This document shows, one piece after another, positions 1 to 9,538 of a DNA stretch of 64,000 nt (positions are counted from its first letter, which is position 1; each line of letters opens with the position of its first letter). The stretch lies in IMG/VR virus record IMGVR_UViG_3300042301_003932; one strand, written 5' to 3'. The DNA is from a virus. A program made the position numbers and the translations under genes. The notes under the pieces were generated by a model. It saw only the letters and a program-made list of their open reading frames with translations, had not been told where the DNA came from and did not search any database.

Positions 1-656
1 GCTTTAATTTTTCCTTCTTCAGGATTTGCAGCACTACCCTCCCCAAAAGTAACAGGATGAAATCTACACATATCTAAATATTCGTCAATTAAATCTTTAT
101 CTGTGAAATTTAATTCAAACCCCTCTTCTAAATTTTCTTCAGCACTAAAATTTCTATATTTTTTTAAATTCTGTACTAATGTATTTTTATTTATACCGTT
201 ATGATTAGAAACAATATAATTATACGTCGCTTCTTTTAATGTTTCAGGATTGTGACCTCTCGCTGTAATAATTGCAAATATTGACCCTCCATTAATACAT
301 TCCACAAAATCGTTCCATGATGGACCCGGTGATGCAACCATTGAGTCTATAATAAATCTTTTATCTCCTTCTAATCTGAAGTTTCTAAATGGATTAGGTG
401 CGTAACCAACAACGGTAGTTCCTTTATAATTAAAAGGTTCAACCCCCAATTCGTGTCTGTGTTCAGCAAAATCTTCAGTGGACATTCCAATCTCTTCTTC
501 GTTTTCAGTCATCACCATAATTTGTGTTGGCATAAAAACAATATTGTCGTCCCAATCAAACGCATAGTATTTTGTGTCAGGATTTCCTTCTTCATCAAAA
601 CCCTCGTGTATTCTACGTTTGTTTAAATAATTATATACGTGTTTTTTTATATTCAT
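1..656 (-). CDS. HAD-superfamily phosphatase-like protein (runs off the window; not in the ORF track)
   Basis: Manual translation from ATG 656: MNIKKHVYNYLNKRRIHEGFDEEGNPDTKYYAFDWDDNIVFMPT...FAIITARGH. Has HAD motif I (FDWDD) and motif II (ITARG). ATGA overlap with the upstream gene. Confidence 0.7.
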   Translation of the reverse strand, partial: MNIKKHVYNYLNKRRIHEGFDEEGNPDTKYYAFDWDDNIVFMPTQIMVMTENEEEIGMSTEDFAEHRHELGVEPFNYKGTTVVGYAPNPFRNFRLEGDKRFIIDSMVASPGPSWNDFVECINGGSIFAIITARGHNPETLKEATYNYIVSNHNGINKNTLVQNLKKYRNFSAEENLEEGFELNFTDKDLIDEYLDMCRFHPVTFGEGSAANPEEGKIK

Positions 657-793
657 TTTTTATTGATGAACTCTAAAATTTTTTCTAACTGGCTTTCAGT
701 TATGATTATGTTTTGTTTTTTTTGTGAGTATGTTGTATGATTTCTACTAATATCACCCACAGTTTCTTTAATTAATTTTTTTTTAATTTTCAT
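653..793 (-). CDS. Small basic protein (46 aa), possible head-associated peptide
   Basis: Start moved to MKIKKKLIKE at 793 because the longer start lies inside the terminator hairpin. TATTTAT motif at 807-813. Contains IIITESQL. Confidence 0.6.
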   Translation of the reverse strand: MKIKKKLIKETVGDISRNHTTYSQKKQNIIITESQLEKILEFINKK

Positions 794-815
794 AACTTTT
801 TTTTTAATAAATATA

Positions 816-843
816 TAATGGGGAATATTTCTACTCCCCATTA
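816..843 (-). terminator. Hairpin, likely terminator after the tail sheath gene
   Basis: taatgggga (816-824) pairs with tccccatta (835-843), just downstream of the sheath stop codon. Confidence 0.65.
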
Positions 844-856
844 ATTTTATTTTTTA

Positions 857-3800
857 TTATACATCGTCAAAAGACGCTCCTGTTGGTGTAATTACAAATT
901 CAATATCAATGTATTCTAACGCCCTTGTAGGTTTCAAGAAAATTTTACCTGTTAACGTATTAGAATCTAAATCTTCAGGAGTGTTTGAAACGGTAACTCT
1001 AAAGTCAATCAAACCTCTATCTCTTCTTATTGAATCTAAAATTGGGTTGACTGAGTCTAGGAACTGTTGTCTTACTTTATCATCGTTTTGTTCAAACAAT
1101 AATCTAACGGCTACAGCTGAAATCAATTTACGTGCTTGTAATAACAATCTCCTTACGTTGATTCTATCAAGTGCAGATTCTCTAACTTGTAATGTTTTAT
1201 TACCCCAAATTACTGTACCAACGTCTGAGAATGTTGCGATTGGGTTAACTCTACCTTTATAAAGAGTGTCTCTATCTTCTTGAGTTAATTTTTTACGTGC
1301 TCTAATCGCGTTAACTAAACCTCTTGTGTAACCTGCAGATGCAAACCAAGGGAATGCAATGTTATCAGTTAACGCCAAGTTTTTAGTAACCTCAGCTGTT
1401 GGTGGGATATAAATCTGTGTATTATTTACCGTGTCTCTCGTTAATACCCATGGATAGTATGTTGCAGTGTAGTTAGAATCTATACCTGTGTTTTCTAGTC
1501 TATCAACAATCTCTTGTGGATAAACTAATCCCTCTTCAATATCTTGATAAGATGGTAATAATAAGTTAAAGTCAGGTGTTGTACAAATATAGATTGAGTC
1601 TGCTCTATCTGTTTCAACCATATCAATCGCATCTTCAACTAAATTTGAGTTGTAGTAATAATCAATACCCGGTGTTACAAATATGTTAATATTAACAGAT
1701 TCAGGATTTGCAAAAGTTGCTTGACCCCATTTGTATGCGTAGTAGTCAGTATTTGCCCAAGTCTCTTGGTTAGGTCCTGAAATTTGTTTGAATGCTCCCC
1801 ATCCTGATGCGGTTGGGAAAGTTACTGAAGATGCTGCTCCGTATTTAAATCCTGATTGACCTAATGCGAATGTATCACCATTTGTTCTATATTCTCTATA
1901 AATGTCCCATCCATCAAAACCACCATAAGCCAATACTGTAAATTTACGAGTATTCAATCTAAAATATGGATTATCTGAATCTTCAGGTTCACTATTAAAT
2001 GAACCGGCACCCACTTCAAACGCTTGTGTGTATGCTGAGGTTGCTGGATTGTATATTGTAACTACCGTCGCTCCACTATCCATATGGAAACCTTTAGTAA
2101 TATAACCCCAATCAATACCTTCAGTATCAGTCGCTAAGTTAGCAGGAATTTGTTTACCTTTGTATTCAAAGAAATCGTAATCAATTCCAGTGATATTTGA
2201 AATACCTAAGTAAGCCTTTCTTGGGTTTTCTCCATTTGAGATAACTGGGTTATCACCACCCGATGAAGATCCAAAAGGTGGGTTGTAAATAACTTCACCA
2301 GCTTGTAAATATTTTGTTTTATAAATAACAAATGGTGGTGTTGATTGTGCATATTCTCTAGAAATATAACCTTCAAAACCACAAGCGACTGCGTCTGTCG
2401 GTGCCTCCTCACTCATATCTAACATTACATATTTAGACCTCACTTCATACTCACCGTTAGATGTACCAATTTTATTTGCTACGTAGTTGTTTTGACTAGG
2501 ATCCATTGAACAATTAGTAAAACTTTCAACTACTCTTACATTTTGATCATTATCATAGAAATCTCTAATGAACACATCAAAAGTTCTATTTGAGAAAGAA
2601 ATGTTTCCAATAGACATTTTAACTAATCTATTTGCCGCGTTACCATCAGAAATAAGTTTGAATTTAAATAATTTATAAACTTTATTACCTCTTAATTCTG
2701 AAACAATATATGGAGTTTCAGGTGTTTGATATTGTTCTAAATAGAACGCTATTGAATCGCTATAGTCTTGAATATTAGAATCGTCGGTAACACCAGGTAG
2801 CGCAATTAATGAATTGTAGATACCTCTAATTTTTCCGTTTCTATAACCATTTAATAATAAACTTGAATAAACCTCTTCAATAAATAAAGGCACTTCGTTT
2901 CTATCTTTACCAAAATTACTTCTACCGAATACTTTGGAAATATATTGTGAATCTGTTGTTGAAAGCGAGGTTTCAAAGGTGAACGTTTCAGCATCACTAG
3001 TAATACCAGAAATTACAAAAGTTTCAAATGGATTAAGAGCAACTCCTGAGTATGCTCCTGTTGTGATAATATTAACTCCTGTTGTTGCACTAACCTCAAA
3101 ATCAGGACCGTGTTGTGTACTAGAGTAATTTGTAACACCTCTAGATCTCAATGTTGCAACAACTAAATCATCGTATTCACTATAAGGAGTACCTGAATAA
3201 ACAGTACCGTAAATTGCAACAGACCCTGAGTATCCTGAAGTCACTGTTGAGATTGAATTTAATGATGCCCCAAAACCATAACCATTATAACTACCGATAC
3301 TTGATGATTTAGAATAATCAAATAATGCGTAGTACCAAGGATCATTTAAATAAGAACTTAAATTGTTATTTGCAAAAATAACATCATCAACACCAAACGT
3401 TTCAGTATATGCGGTTGTGTTGTACGGTGCTCCTGTAACCGCATTAAATGTTGCATCATTAACAGACCCCCAAAAATAAGAGGTTTTACCAGACAATGGT
3501 GATGCGATTGAAAATAAACCAACTTGTGCTGAAATATAATTTTGGAAATCTAAATAAAGACTTGAACTACCCCCATTTGCTGTTGTATATTGATTATAAA
3601 AATCGGCAGATATTAATGATGGTAGTGAAGGTAATATTGTAATATTTGTACTAGCCCCTGTTGTTCCTGTAAAATATACATAACCTACCGGTGTTGGTGA
3701 TGAACCTGATACACCAATAGTTGAACTATCAATATTACCGATAGTAACAATTGACCAAGACGGTCCAGCGTCATAACCTGAAAGACCTAATATTCTTGTA

Positions 3801-4078
3801 ACAAATAATTGATTTGATTGTTGTAAATATGATTTTGCAATATAAGAAGTTTCATATTTAGGGATTTGTGTGTTTACGAATTTCTCTGGACTTGTTCCAC
3901 CGAAATAAACTTGATACTCGTCAAAGTTAGTGATAAATATAGGTTCAAATGCTGGTCCCTGTAAGGTCTCACCAACTAAACCTAATGTTGTTACACCAAC
4001 ACTTTGAGCGACGAAAGTTAAGTCTCTTTCTGAGGTATAAACACCTGGAGAAACGAATACTTTTGTACTAGATGCCAT
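857..4078 (-). CDS. Contractile tail sheath protein (T4 gp18-like, 1073 aa)
   Basis: N-terminal FVSPGVYTSERD; C-terminal PWFASAGYTRG, RDTLYKGRVNPI, IWGNKTL, DRINVRRLL, FEQND, KPTRALEYIDIEF. Confidence 0.95.
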   Translation of the reverse strand: MASSTKVFVSPGVYTSERDLTFVAQSVGVTTLGLVGETLQGPAFEPIFITNFDEYQVYFGGTSPEKFVNTQIPKYETSYIAKSYLQQSNQLFVTRILGLSGYDAGPSWSIVTIGNIDSSTIGVSGSSPTPVGYVYFTGTTGASTNITILPSLPSLISADFYNQYTTANGGSSSLYLDFQNYISAQVGLFSIASPLSGKTSYFWGSVNDATFNAVTGAPYNTTAYTETFGVDDVIFANNNLSSYLNDPWYYALFDYSKSSSIGSYNGYGFGASLNSISTVTSGYSGSVAIYGTVYSGTPYSEYDDLVVATLRSRGVTNYSSTQHGPDFEVSATTGVNIITTGAYSGVALNPFETFVISGITSDAETFTFETSLSTTDSQYISKVFGRSNFGKDRNEVPLFIEEVYSSLLLNGYRNGKIRGIYNSLIALPGVTDDSNIQDYSDSIAFYLEQYQTPETPYIVSELRGNKVYKLFKFKLISDGNAANRLVKMSIGNISFSNRTFDVFIRDFYDNDQNVRVVESFTNCSMDPSQNNYVANKIGTSNGEYEVRSKYVMLDMSEEAPTDAVACGFEGYISREYAQSTPPFVIYKTKYLQAGEVIYNPPFGSSSGGDNPVISNGENPRKAYLGISNITGIDYDFFEYKGKQIPANLATDTEGIDWGYITKGFHMDSGATVVTIYNPATSAYTQAFEVGAGSFNSEPEDSDNPYFRLNTRKFTVLAYGGFDGWDIYREYRTNGDTFALGQSGFKYGAASSVTFPTASGWGAFKQISGPNQETWANTDYYAYKWGQATFANPESVNINIFVTPGIDYYYNSNLVEDAIDMVETDRADSIYICTTPDFNLLLPSYQDIEEGLVYPQEIVDRLENTGIDSNYTATYYPWVLTRDTVNNTQIYIPPTAEVTKNLALTDNIAFPWFASAGYTRGLVNAIRARKKLTQEDRDTLYKGRVNPIATFSDVGTVIWGNKTLQVRESALDRINVRRLLLQARKLISAVAVRLLFEQNDDKVRQQFLDSVNPILDSIRRDRGLIDFRVTVSNTPEDLDSNTLTGKIFLKPTRALEYIDIEFVITPTGASFDDV

Positions 4079-4110
4079 TTTTTTAGTTAATTAAAGATTT
4101 ATTTTTATAT

Positions 4111-4117
4111 ATAAATA
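4111..4117 (-). promoter_or_regulatory. TATTTAT putative late promoter for the tail sheath gene
   Basis: GTATTTATAT on the coding strand, 32 nt before the ATG. Motif recurs before many structural genes. Confidence 0.6.
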
Positions 4118-4214
4118 CATTAATTCTAAGCAAAAAACAGACCTAAAAAATAATAAATAGATAGTAGTATGAAAAAATTCTACCTTTTTTCTACCTATTA
4201 AAATATTTATTAAT

Positions 4215-4364
4215 ATGAAAAAAATTAAAAATATAAAGATTTCTGAAGAAACACATTTATTATTAAAAAAATACTGTGAAGAAAATGGTTTAAAACTTTA
4301 TAAATTTTTAGAAAATTTAATAATTAAAACTTGTACTAAAGAAAAAGACATTTATGGTGAATAA
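4215..4364 (+). CDS. Ribbon-helix-helix DNA-binding protein (49 aa; below the ORF-track size cutoff)
   Basis: MKKIKNIKISEETHLLLKKYCEENGLKLYKFLENLIIKTCTKEKDIYGE. Alternating beta strand, helix, conserved Gly turn, helix. TATTTAT at 4204-4210. Confidence 0.75.
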   Translation: MKKIKNIKISEETHLLLKKYCEENGLKLYKFLENLIIKTCTKEKDIYGE

Positions 4365-5594
4365 CTAAACTAAAACGGCATTAGTCTTTATAATTGAATT
4401 CTGAGTTACGTCATCTTTATAAACTATAATTTTTAAAGTATCCCCATTGTTAATTTGTATTAATGGTACGTTGTCACCTAAATAATTATTATTAATAAAA
4501 ACAGAATAACTTGAAGCACAAGATACTCCCTCATTAAATGTACCTCCAGTCGTATTACTAAAAGATGGTAAGGTTGAGGATTTAACGCAAATATTACCTG
4601 AGTCACCAATATTTGTAGATATTGTGGTTGTTGCTCCACTACAGTTAATATAGGTCAAGGTATTATTTGTTATTGACGAATAAGTGGTTTCATAACAATT
4701 GATTAAATTAGTTGTTTCGTTAATTGTTATGTCTGCGGTATACCTAAAAACTTCATTCAATTGAGTAACTCCCGAAACAAATAATAAATCTAAGTCAAAA
4801 CTGTCGGGTCTTGCTGGTTCTATTTCAACTTTACGACCTCTTTTTTTAGTATCAAACTCAAATAGTGTAACTTGTCTTGTAATTGCTGGTGACACTTGAA
4901 ATTCTTCTTCATCTATTAACATACCCTTTAATGTTATTTTATAACTTTGGATATAATACTTTCTCTTTTCTATTTCTTTTACCGATTCATCTGTCGGGTC
5001 TTCCAAAGTCATTTGCATATAATGACCTTTTATTTGTGTGTATGCTTGTTTAGAGGTAAATTTTTGCATCATGATTTTGTTAAATTCATTAACTTCTCTC
5101 ATTCTATTACAAAAAATCTTAACTGTGTAGGTAATATCAACAGGAACAGGTTGAGGTATTTTATATACGTCAGCCCCTTTTCTTTGCCCATCCCAAGTAG
5201 GTACGGTATAATAAAAAAATCGTAACCTTTCGGGTATATTGTAAGCTCCATTATTAATTTTTCCATATTTAACTTCAGGTTGTCTTACCGTAATAATAAA
5301 TGGTAAGGATACATTTTTATCTAAATCTTGAAATTTCCATGTCTCTGTAAATTGTGTCCAACTTTGTGTTGTTATGATTTTATCAACAGTAGGGACCGTT
5401 TTACCGTCAACAACTAATTTCAAATCATTTTTAACAAAATCTAACACACCTCTATCCATGTCGGCATGTAATACACCTTTTGGTAGAAAAGTTCCACCAT
5501 CCGTAATATCATCCAACATTTGTTGTCTTCTTTCTTTTCCAACTTTGGTTGGTATTAAAGGAAGGTGTTTTTTGTTTTGTTTTGGTAATGCCAT
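4365..5594 (-). CDS. Tail terminator / sheath stabiliser (gp15-like) with C-terminal extension
   Basis: LPFIITVR and PQPVPVDITYTVKIF resemble gp15. Lies between the gp14-like gene and the sheath. Confidence 0.6.
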   Translation of the reverse strand: MALPKQNKKHLPLIPTKVGKERRQQMLDDITDGGTFLPKGVLHADMDRGVLDFVKNDLKLVVDGKTVPTVDKIITTQSWTQFTETWKFQDLDKNVSLPFIITVRQPEVKYGKINNGAYNIPERLRFFYYTVPTWDGQRKGADVYKIPQPVPVDITYTVKIFCNRMREVNEFNKIMMQKFTSKQAYTQIKGHYMQMTLEDPTDESVKEIEKRKYYIQSYKITLKGMLIDEEEFQVSPAITRQVTLFEFDTKKRGRKVEIEPARPDSFDLDLLFVSGVTQLNEVFRYTADITINETTNLINCYETTYSSITNNTLTYINCSGATTTISTNIGDSGNICVKSSTLPSFSNTTGGTFNEGVSCASSYSVFINNNYLGDNVPLIQINNGDTLKIIVYKDDVTQNSIIKTNAVLV

Positions 5595-5596
5595 TT

Positions 5597-6112
5597 TTAT
5601 AAACCGTTAAATTCGTCGTTAGTTACAGGTGATGCGATTATTGTTCTATAATATTTTTTATAACCACCATAAGTATGTTTCATATCTGAAGTAACTCTAC
5701 CATCATTTACCACTGAATAATATCTAACCCTATCTTCTGTTTCATAATACGCTAAATAATCCCCCAAAGATATCTCAATAGCTAATTGATCTAAATGTGA
5801 TTGATAAACACTAAATGTCATGTTACCTGGTTCAAGTTGTGAAAGTTTTGATGACCCATAATCTGAGTTAGTTGGTGCATCAATTTTTACTAAACCTTTA
5901 ACTTCTATTGGTGCTAAAAACTGTATTCCATCGCTTAACGCCTCACCATAAACATCATCATTATTTGTCCTTTGTCTGTCAACACGATATAAAACAACGG
6001 TAAAATTCATATCACCCATCTGCCATTCCATGCCCATTTCAATCTCTAAATTAAAATCTTCTTCAGAAAAAAACTTATTTAATCTTGTAATTGGAACTTT
6101 ATTTTGTGACAT
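5597..6112 (-). CDS. Neck / head-closure protein (gp14-like)
   Basis: VVLYRV...DDVYGE...GDYL pattern. Start moved to MSQNK (6112), downstream of the terminator and the TATTTAT motif. Confidence 0.6.
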   Translation of the reverse strand: MSQNKVPITRLNKFFSEEDFNLEIEMGMEWQMGDMNFTVVLYRVDRQRTNNDDVYGEALSDGIQFLAPIEVKGLVKIDAPTNSDYGSSKLSQLEPGNMTFSVYQSHLDQLAIEISLGDYLAYYETEDRVRYYSVVNDGRVTSDMKHTYGGYKKYYRTIIASPVTNDEFNGL

Positions 6113-6134
6113 ATTAATAAATATCATTAAGCAC

Positions 6135-6160
6135 AAAAAACCCCACAATAGTAGGGCTTT
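6135..6160 (-). terminator. Rho-independent terminator
   Basis: Minus strand GCCCTAC-TATT-GTGGGGT followed by a T run. Confidence 0.75.
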
Positions 6161-6185
6161 ATGTTATTTTAAAAATTTTAAATTA

Positions 6186-6551
6186 CTATAATCCAATAGC
6201 GTTTGATTCAACTCCGTCTATAAATTCAGTTAAAGATTCTGAAAGTTCTTCTATTGATGCAACTTTTGTCGGTAAAAGTTCAAGAATATCATCTGAGTCA
6301 CATATATCTTTTAAATCTTCTAATACGTCTTCTAACATTTCAATTAAGTCATTACATGTTTCTTGAGCCTTTTCTATTTTTTCATTATCATCTATATCCT
6401 CATCATCCATATCCTCATCATCCATATCCTCATCATCCATATCCTCATCATCCATATCCTCATCATCCATATCTTTTTCTTCTTGTTCACGTATCGCTCT
6501 TCTAACAAGTCTAGAAAGTTCTCTTTCGTTAAGTCTTATTATTTTTTTCAT
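6186..6551 (-). CDS. Acidic repeat protein with basic N-terminal leader; possible internal head protein
   Basis: MKKIIRLNERELSRLVRRAIRE followed by (DMDDE)x5. Has its own TATTTAT (6584-6590) and terminator. Confidence 0.7.
   Translation of the reverse strand: MKKIIRLNERELSRLVRRAIREQEEKDMDDEDMDDEDMDDEDMDDEDMDDEDIDDNEKIEKAQETCNDLIEMLEDVLEDLKDICDSDDILELLPTKVASIEELSESLTEFIDGVESNAIGL
6394..6473. repeat. Perfect 15-bp tandem repeat, 5.3 copies (atatcctcatcatcc)
   Basis: Read directly from the sequence. Encodes DMDDE on the minus strand. Confidence 0.95.
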
Positions 6552-6649
6552 AACACAATTTTTTTTTTAATTAATTTATTAAAATAAATATCACACACAA
6601 ATAAAAAGTTGTTTTTTTTATATTATTTACTATTATTATTTATAATATA

Positions 6650-8413
6650 ATGGAAGAATTAATTTCAAAAACGCCTGAAACAAGGGCCCTTCAAATGTTA
6701 GATGATTATGTTGGGTCAAATAACTATATCTTGTCGTTAAAAAACAAAAAACAAAATAGTAAGTCTTTTACCCCCACAAGATCTCAAGCTGAATACATAA
6801 TTAACTTTCACGGACGAACACCAAAGGTGGCAAAAAAATGGGTCAAACTTGATTCATATTTTGGAAAAAAAATGATGGAAGATAAAATGTACACTAAAGA
6901 ACCAACGGAAATATATGTTGAAAAACTTTTGGTTGAAAAAGATAAGTCGTATCATATTTGGGGTAAAATATTTAGTGGTGAAACAATACATGATTTTTGG
7001 ATTCCAAAAACCGCACTTATAAAAGATAATGAGGTAAAGAATGTTGTTATTGAATATTCTAAATATAATCACAGGGCTCCGATGGATCACCAAAAAGAAG
7101 CAATTGAAAAACTTGTTAGAAACAAAAAGTTTATTTTGGCTGATGATATGGGACTTGGTAAAACAACCTCAACAATTATTTCGGCATTAGAGACGGGAGC
7201 AAAAAAAATATTAATTGTTTGTCCAGCCTCATTAAAGATAAATTGGCAACGTGAAATTGAAAATTATTCAGATAGGTCTGTTTATATTTCGGAAGGTAAG
7301 AAGTTTTCAACTGAATCTGATTTTGTTATAATTAATTACGACATATTAAAAAACTTTCACGACCCAAAAAAGAAAGATGAATCAATAATTCTAAACACTA
7401 ATTTTGATTTGGTTATAATGGACGAAGCACATATGATTTCAAATCCACAAGCACAAAGAACAAAAATAGTAAATGATTTATGTGGTAACGTTGAAAGGGT
7501 TTGGTTATTAACGGGAACACCGATGACCTCAAGACCTATGAATTATTATAATCTTTTGAGTTTAGTTGAAAGTCCTGTTGCCGCAAATTGGATGGCATAC
7601 GCCAAAAGATATTGTAATGGTTTTCAATTTAGCGTAGGTAAAAGAAAAGTTTGGAATGTAACAGGTGCGTCTAATTTAGATGAGTTAAGAGAAAGAACAC
7701 AAACTCACATTTTAAGAAGATTAAAAGAAGATGTTTTAGATTTACCAGATAAAATTATTACTCCTGTTTATTTAAGATTAAAATCAAAAGATTACGAAGA
7801 ATTAATGGGTGAATACTTTAATTGGTATGATAATAATTCAGAGGAGTCATCATCACTTACAATTCAGTTTGGTAAGTTAATGAAAGTAAGAAAGGTAATT
7901 GCCGAAGAAAAAGTTAAAAACACAATTGAATTGGCTGAAAACATTATTGAACAAGGTAAAAAAGTAATCATATTTACAAACTTTACTGACACTTTACGAA
8001 CCATTTATGACCATTTTGGAAAACAAGCAGTTTATTTAGACGGGTCTTGTTCAAAACCTCATAGACAAAAGGCGGTGGATGATTTTCAAGAAAACGACAA
8101 AATAAAAGTTTTTGTTGGTAATTTAAAGGCCGCAGGTGTCGGTATTACTTTAACATCTGCAGAAGCCGTAATCATGAATGATTTATCTTTTGTCCCCGCA
8201 GAACACGCACAAGCAGAAGATAGATCACATAGAATTGGTCAAAAAAATTCAACATCGGTATATTATCCTCTTTTTGAAAATACAATAGAGGGAGTGATAT
8301 ATGACATCCTCAATAGGAAGAAAAAAATCATATCAACTGTTATGGGTGACAACATGATGGAAGACGCATCAACAATTGAAGAAATGTTAAATTTAATTTC
8401 TCATAAGAGGTGA
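6650..8413 (+). CDS. SNF2-family helicase/ATPase (SMARCAL1/HARP-like)
   Basis: LADDMGLGKT, CPASL, DEAH, LTGTP, GVGITLT, QAEDRSHRIGQ. Confidence 0.93.
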   Translation: MEELISKTPETRALQMLDDYVGSNNYILSLKNKKQNSKSFTPTRSQAEYIINFHGRTPKVAKKWVKLDSYFGKKMMEDKMYTKEPTEIYVEKLLVEKDKSYHIWGKIFSGETIHDFWIPKTALIKDNEVKNVVIEYSKYNHRAPMDHQKEAIEKLVRNKKFILADDMGLGKTTSTIISALETGAKKILIVCPASLKINWQREIENYSDRSVYISEGKKFSTESDFVIINYDILKNFHDPKKKDESIILNTNFDLVIMDEAHMISNPQAQRTKIVNDLCGNVERVWLLTGTPMTSRPMNYYNLLSLVESPVAANWMAYAKRYCNGFQFSVGKRKVWNVTGASNLDELRERTQTHILRRLKEDVLDLPDKIITPVYLRLKSKDYEELMGEYFNWYDNNSEESSSLTIQFGKLMKVRKVIAEEKVKNTIELAENIIEQGKKVIIFTNFTDTLRTIYDHFGKQAVYLDGSCSKPHRQKAVDDFQENDKIKVFVGNLKAAGVGITLTSAEAVIMNDLSFVPAEHAQAEDRSHRIGQKNSTSVYYPLFENTIEGVIYDILNRKKKIISTVMGDNMMEDASTIEEMLNLISHKR

Positions 8414-8425
8414 TATTTATATTAC

Positions 8426-9511
8426 ATGAGTAATATAATTAATTATCCAAAAAATACAAATAAAATTAATAAAGAAATAATTGACAGTTTTATAAAAAAA
8501 CTACAAAAAAAATATCCATTAGATAATCAAATAACTATTGATTTTTTAGAAAAAAGAACGGGAACTATGACCACAGGGAGTAGAACAAATAAAGGTAGAT
8601 TAAAAATTTTTGTTAAGGATAGAATTATTAGTGATGTGTTGAGAACTTTAGGTCATGAATGGATTCACGAATACCAAAGAAACACACTTAATAGAGATAG
8701 AGGTAAGAGTATTGGTGGAAAAAATGAAAATGAGGCTAACGCTAAGTCGGGTGAAATTTTAAAATATTTTGCTAAAAACAAAGAAAATGAAAAAAAAATA
8801 TATAAACCATTTTTAAAAAAAATTGAAGAGGTAGAATTAAAATTAAATGAAGATTTAGTTTCACAAAAAAATATTATTTCAGAAATAAAAAAAATATCCA
8901 TAGAAAAATTACAATATGACTTTAACGATTTAGAAACTTTCATTGATTCTGAAACAATGAAAACCCACTATAATAAACATTACAAAGGATATGTTGAAAA
9001 ATTAAATGTGGAATTAGAAAAAGTTAAAGGTCCTGATTTAGATATTGAACAGATAATTAAAAAAATAAGTAAGTATAACACAGTCATAAAAAACAATGGT
9101 GGCGGAGCATTTAATCACGCACTTTTTTGGAAAATGTTATCCCCAAAAAAACAAGAAATTAAAGACCCAATAAAATCAAAAATAGAAAAAACTTTTGGTT
9201 CTTACGAAATTTTTAAAGAAAAGTTTGAAGAAGAATCAAAATCAAGATTTGGTTCAGGATGGGTGTGGTTAATTTTAACTAAAACAAACAATTTAAAAAT
9301 TGTATCCACTTCAAATCAAGACAATCCTTTAATGAATACTGAAAAAATACAAGGGTACCCATTACTTGGTTTAGATGTGTGGGAACACGCATATTATCTA
9401 AAATATAAAAATCAAAGAGACAAATACGTTAAAAACTTTTGGAAAGTTGTGAATTGGGGATTTGTTAATGATCAATACACAACGCAATTAGAAAGAAATA
9501 AAGTTAAGTGA
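8426..9511 (+). CDS. sodA: Mn/Fe superoxide dismutase fused to an N-terminal HEXXH domain
   Basis: THYNKHYKGY, NNGGGAFNHALFW, FGSGWVWL, NQD, DVWEHAYY. N-terminal HEWIH...ENEANA. Confidence 0.9.
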   Translation: MSNIINYPKNTNKINKEIIDSFIKKLQKKYPLDNQITIDFLEKRTGTMTTGSRTNKGRLKIFVKDRIISDVLRTLGHEWIHEYQRNTLNRDRGKSIGGKNENEANAKSGEILKYFAKNKENEKKIYKPFLKKIEEVELKLNEDLVSQKNIISEIKKISIEKLQYDFNDLETFIDSETMKTHYNKHYKGYVEKLNVELEKVKGPDLDIEQIIKKISKYNTVIKNNGGGAFNHALFWKMLSPKKQEIKDPIKSKIEKTFGSYEIFKEKFEEESKSRFGSGWVWLILTKTNNLKIVSTSNQDNPLMNTEKIQGYPLLGLDVWEHAYYLKYKNQRDKYVKNFWKVVNWGFVNDQYTTQLERNKVK

Positions 9512-9538
9512 TAAGATATTTATATAAAAATATATCTT

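Noticed and set aside
6394-6473. Possible CRISPR array
   Set aside because: The repeats are contiguous with no spacers and lie in a coding frame. No cas genes are present.
6254-6587. ORFs with PHHPY and IIHIL repeats
   Set aside because: They are antisense readings of the 15-bp repeat. The minus-strand ORF has the promoter motif and terminator.
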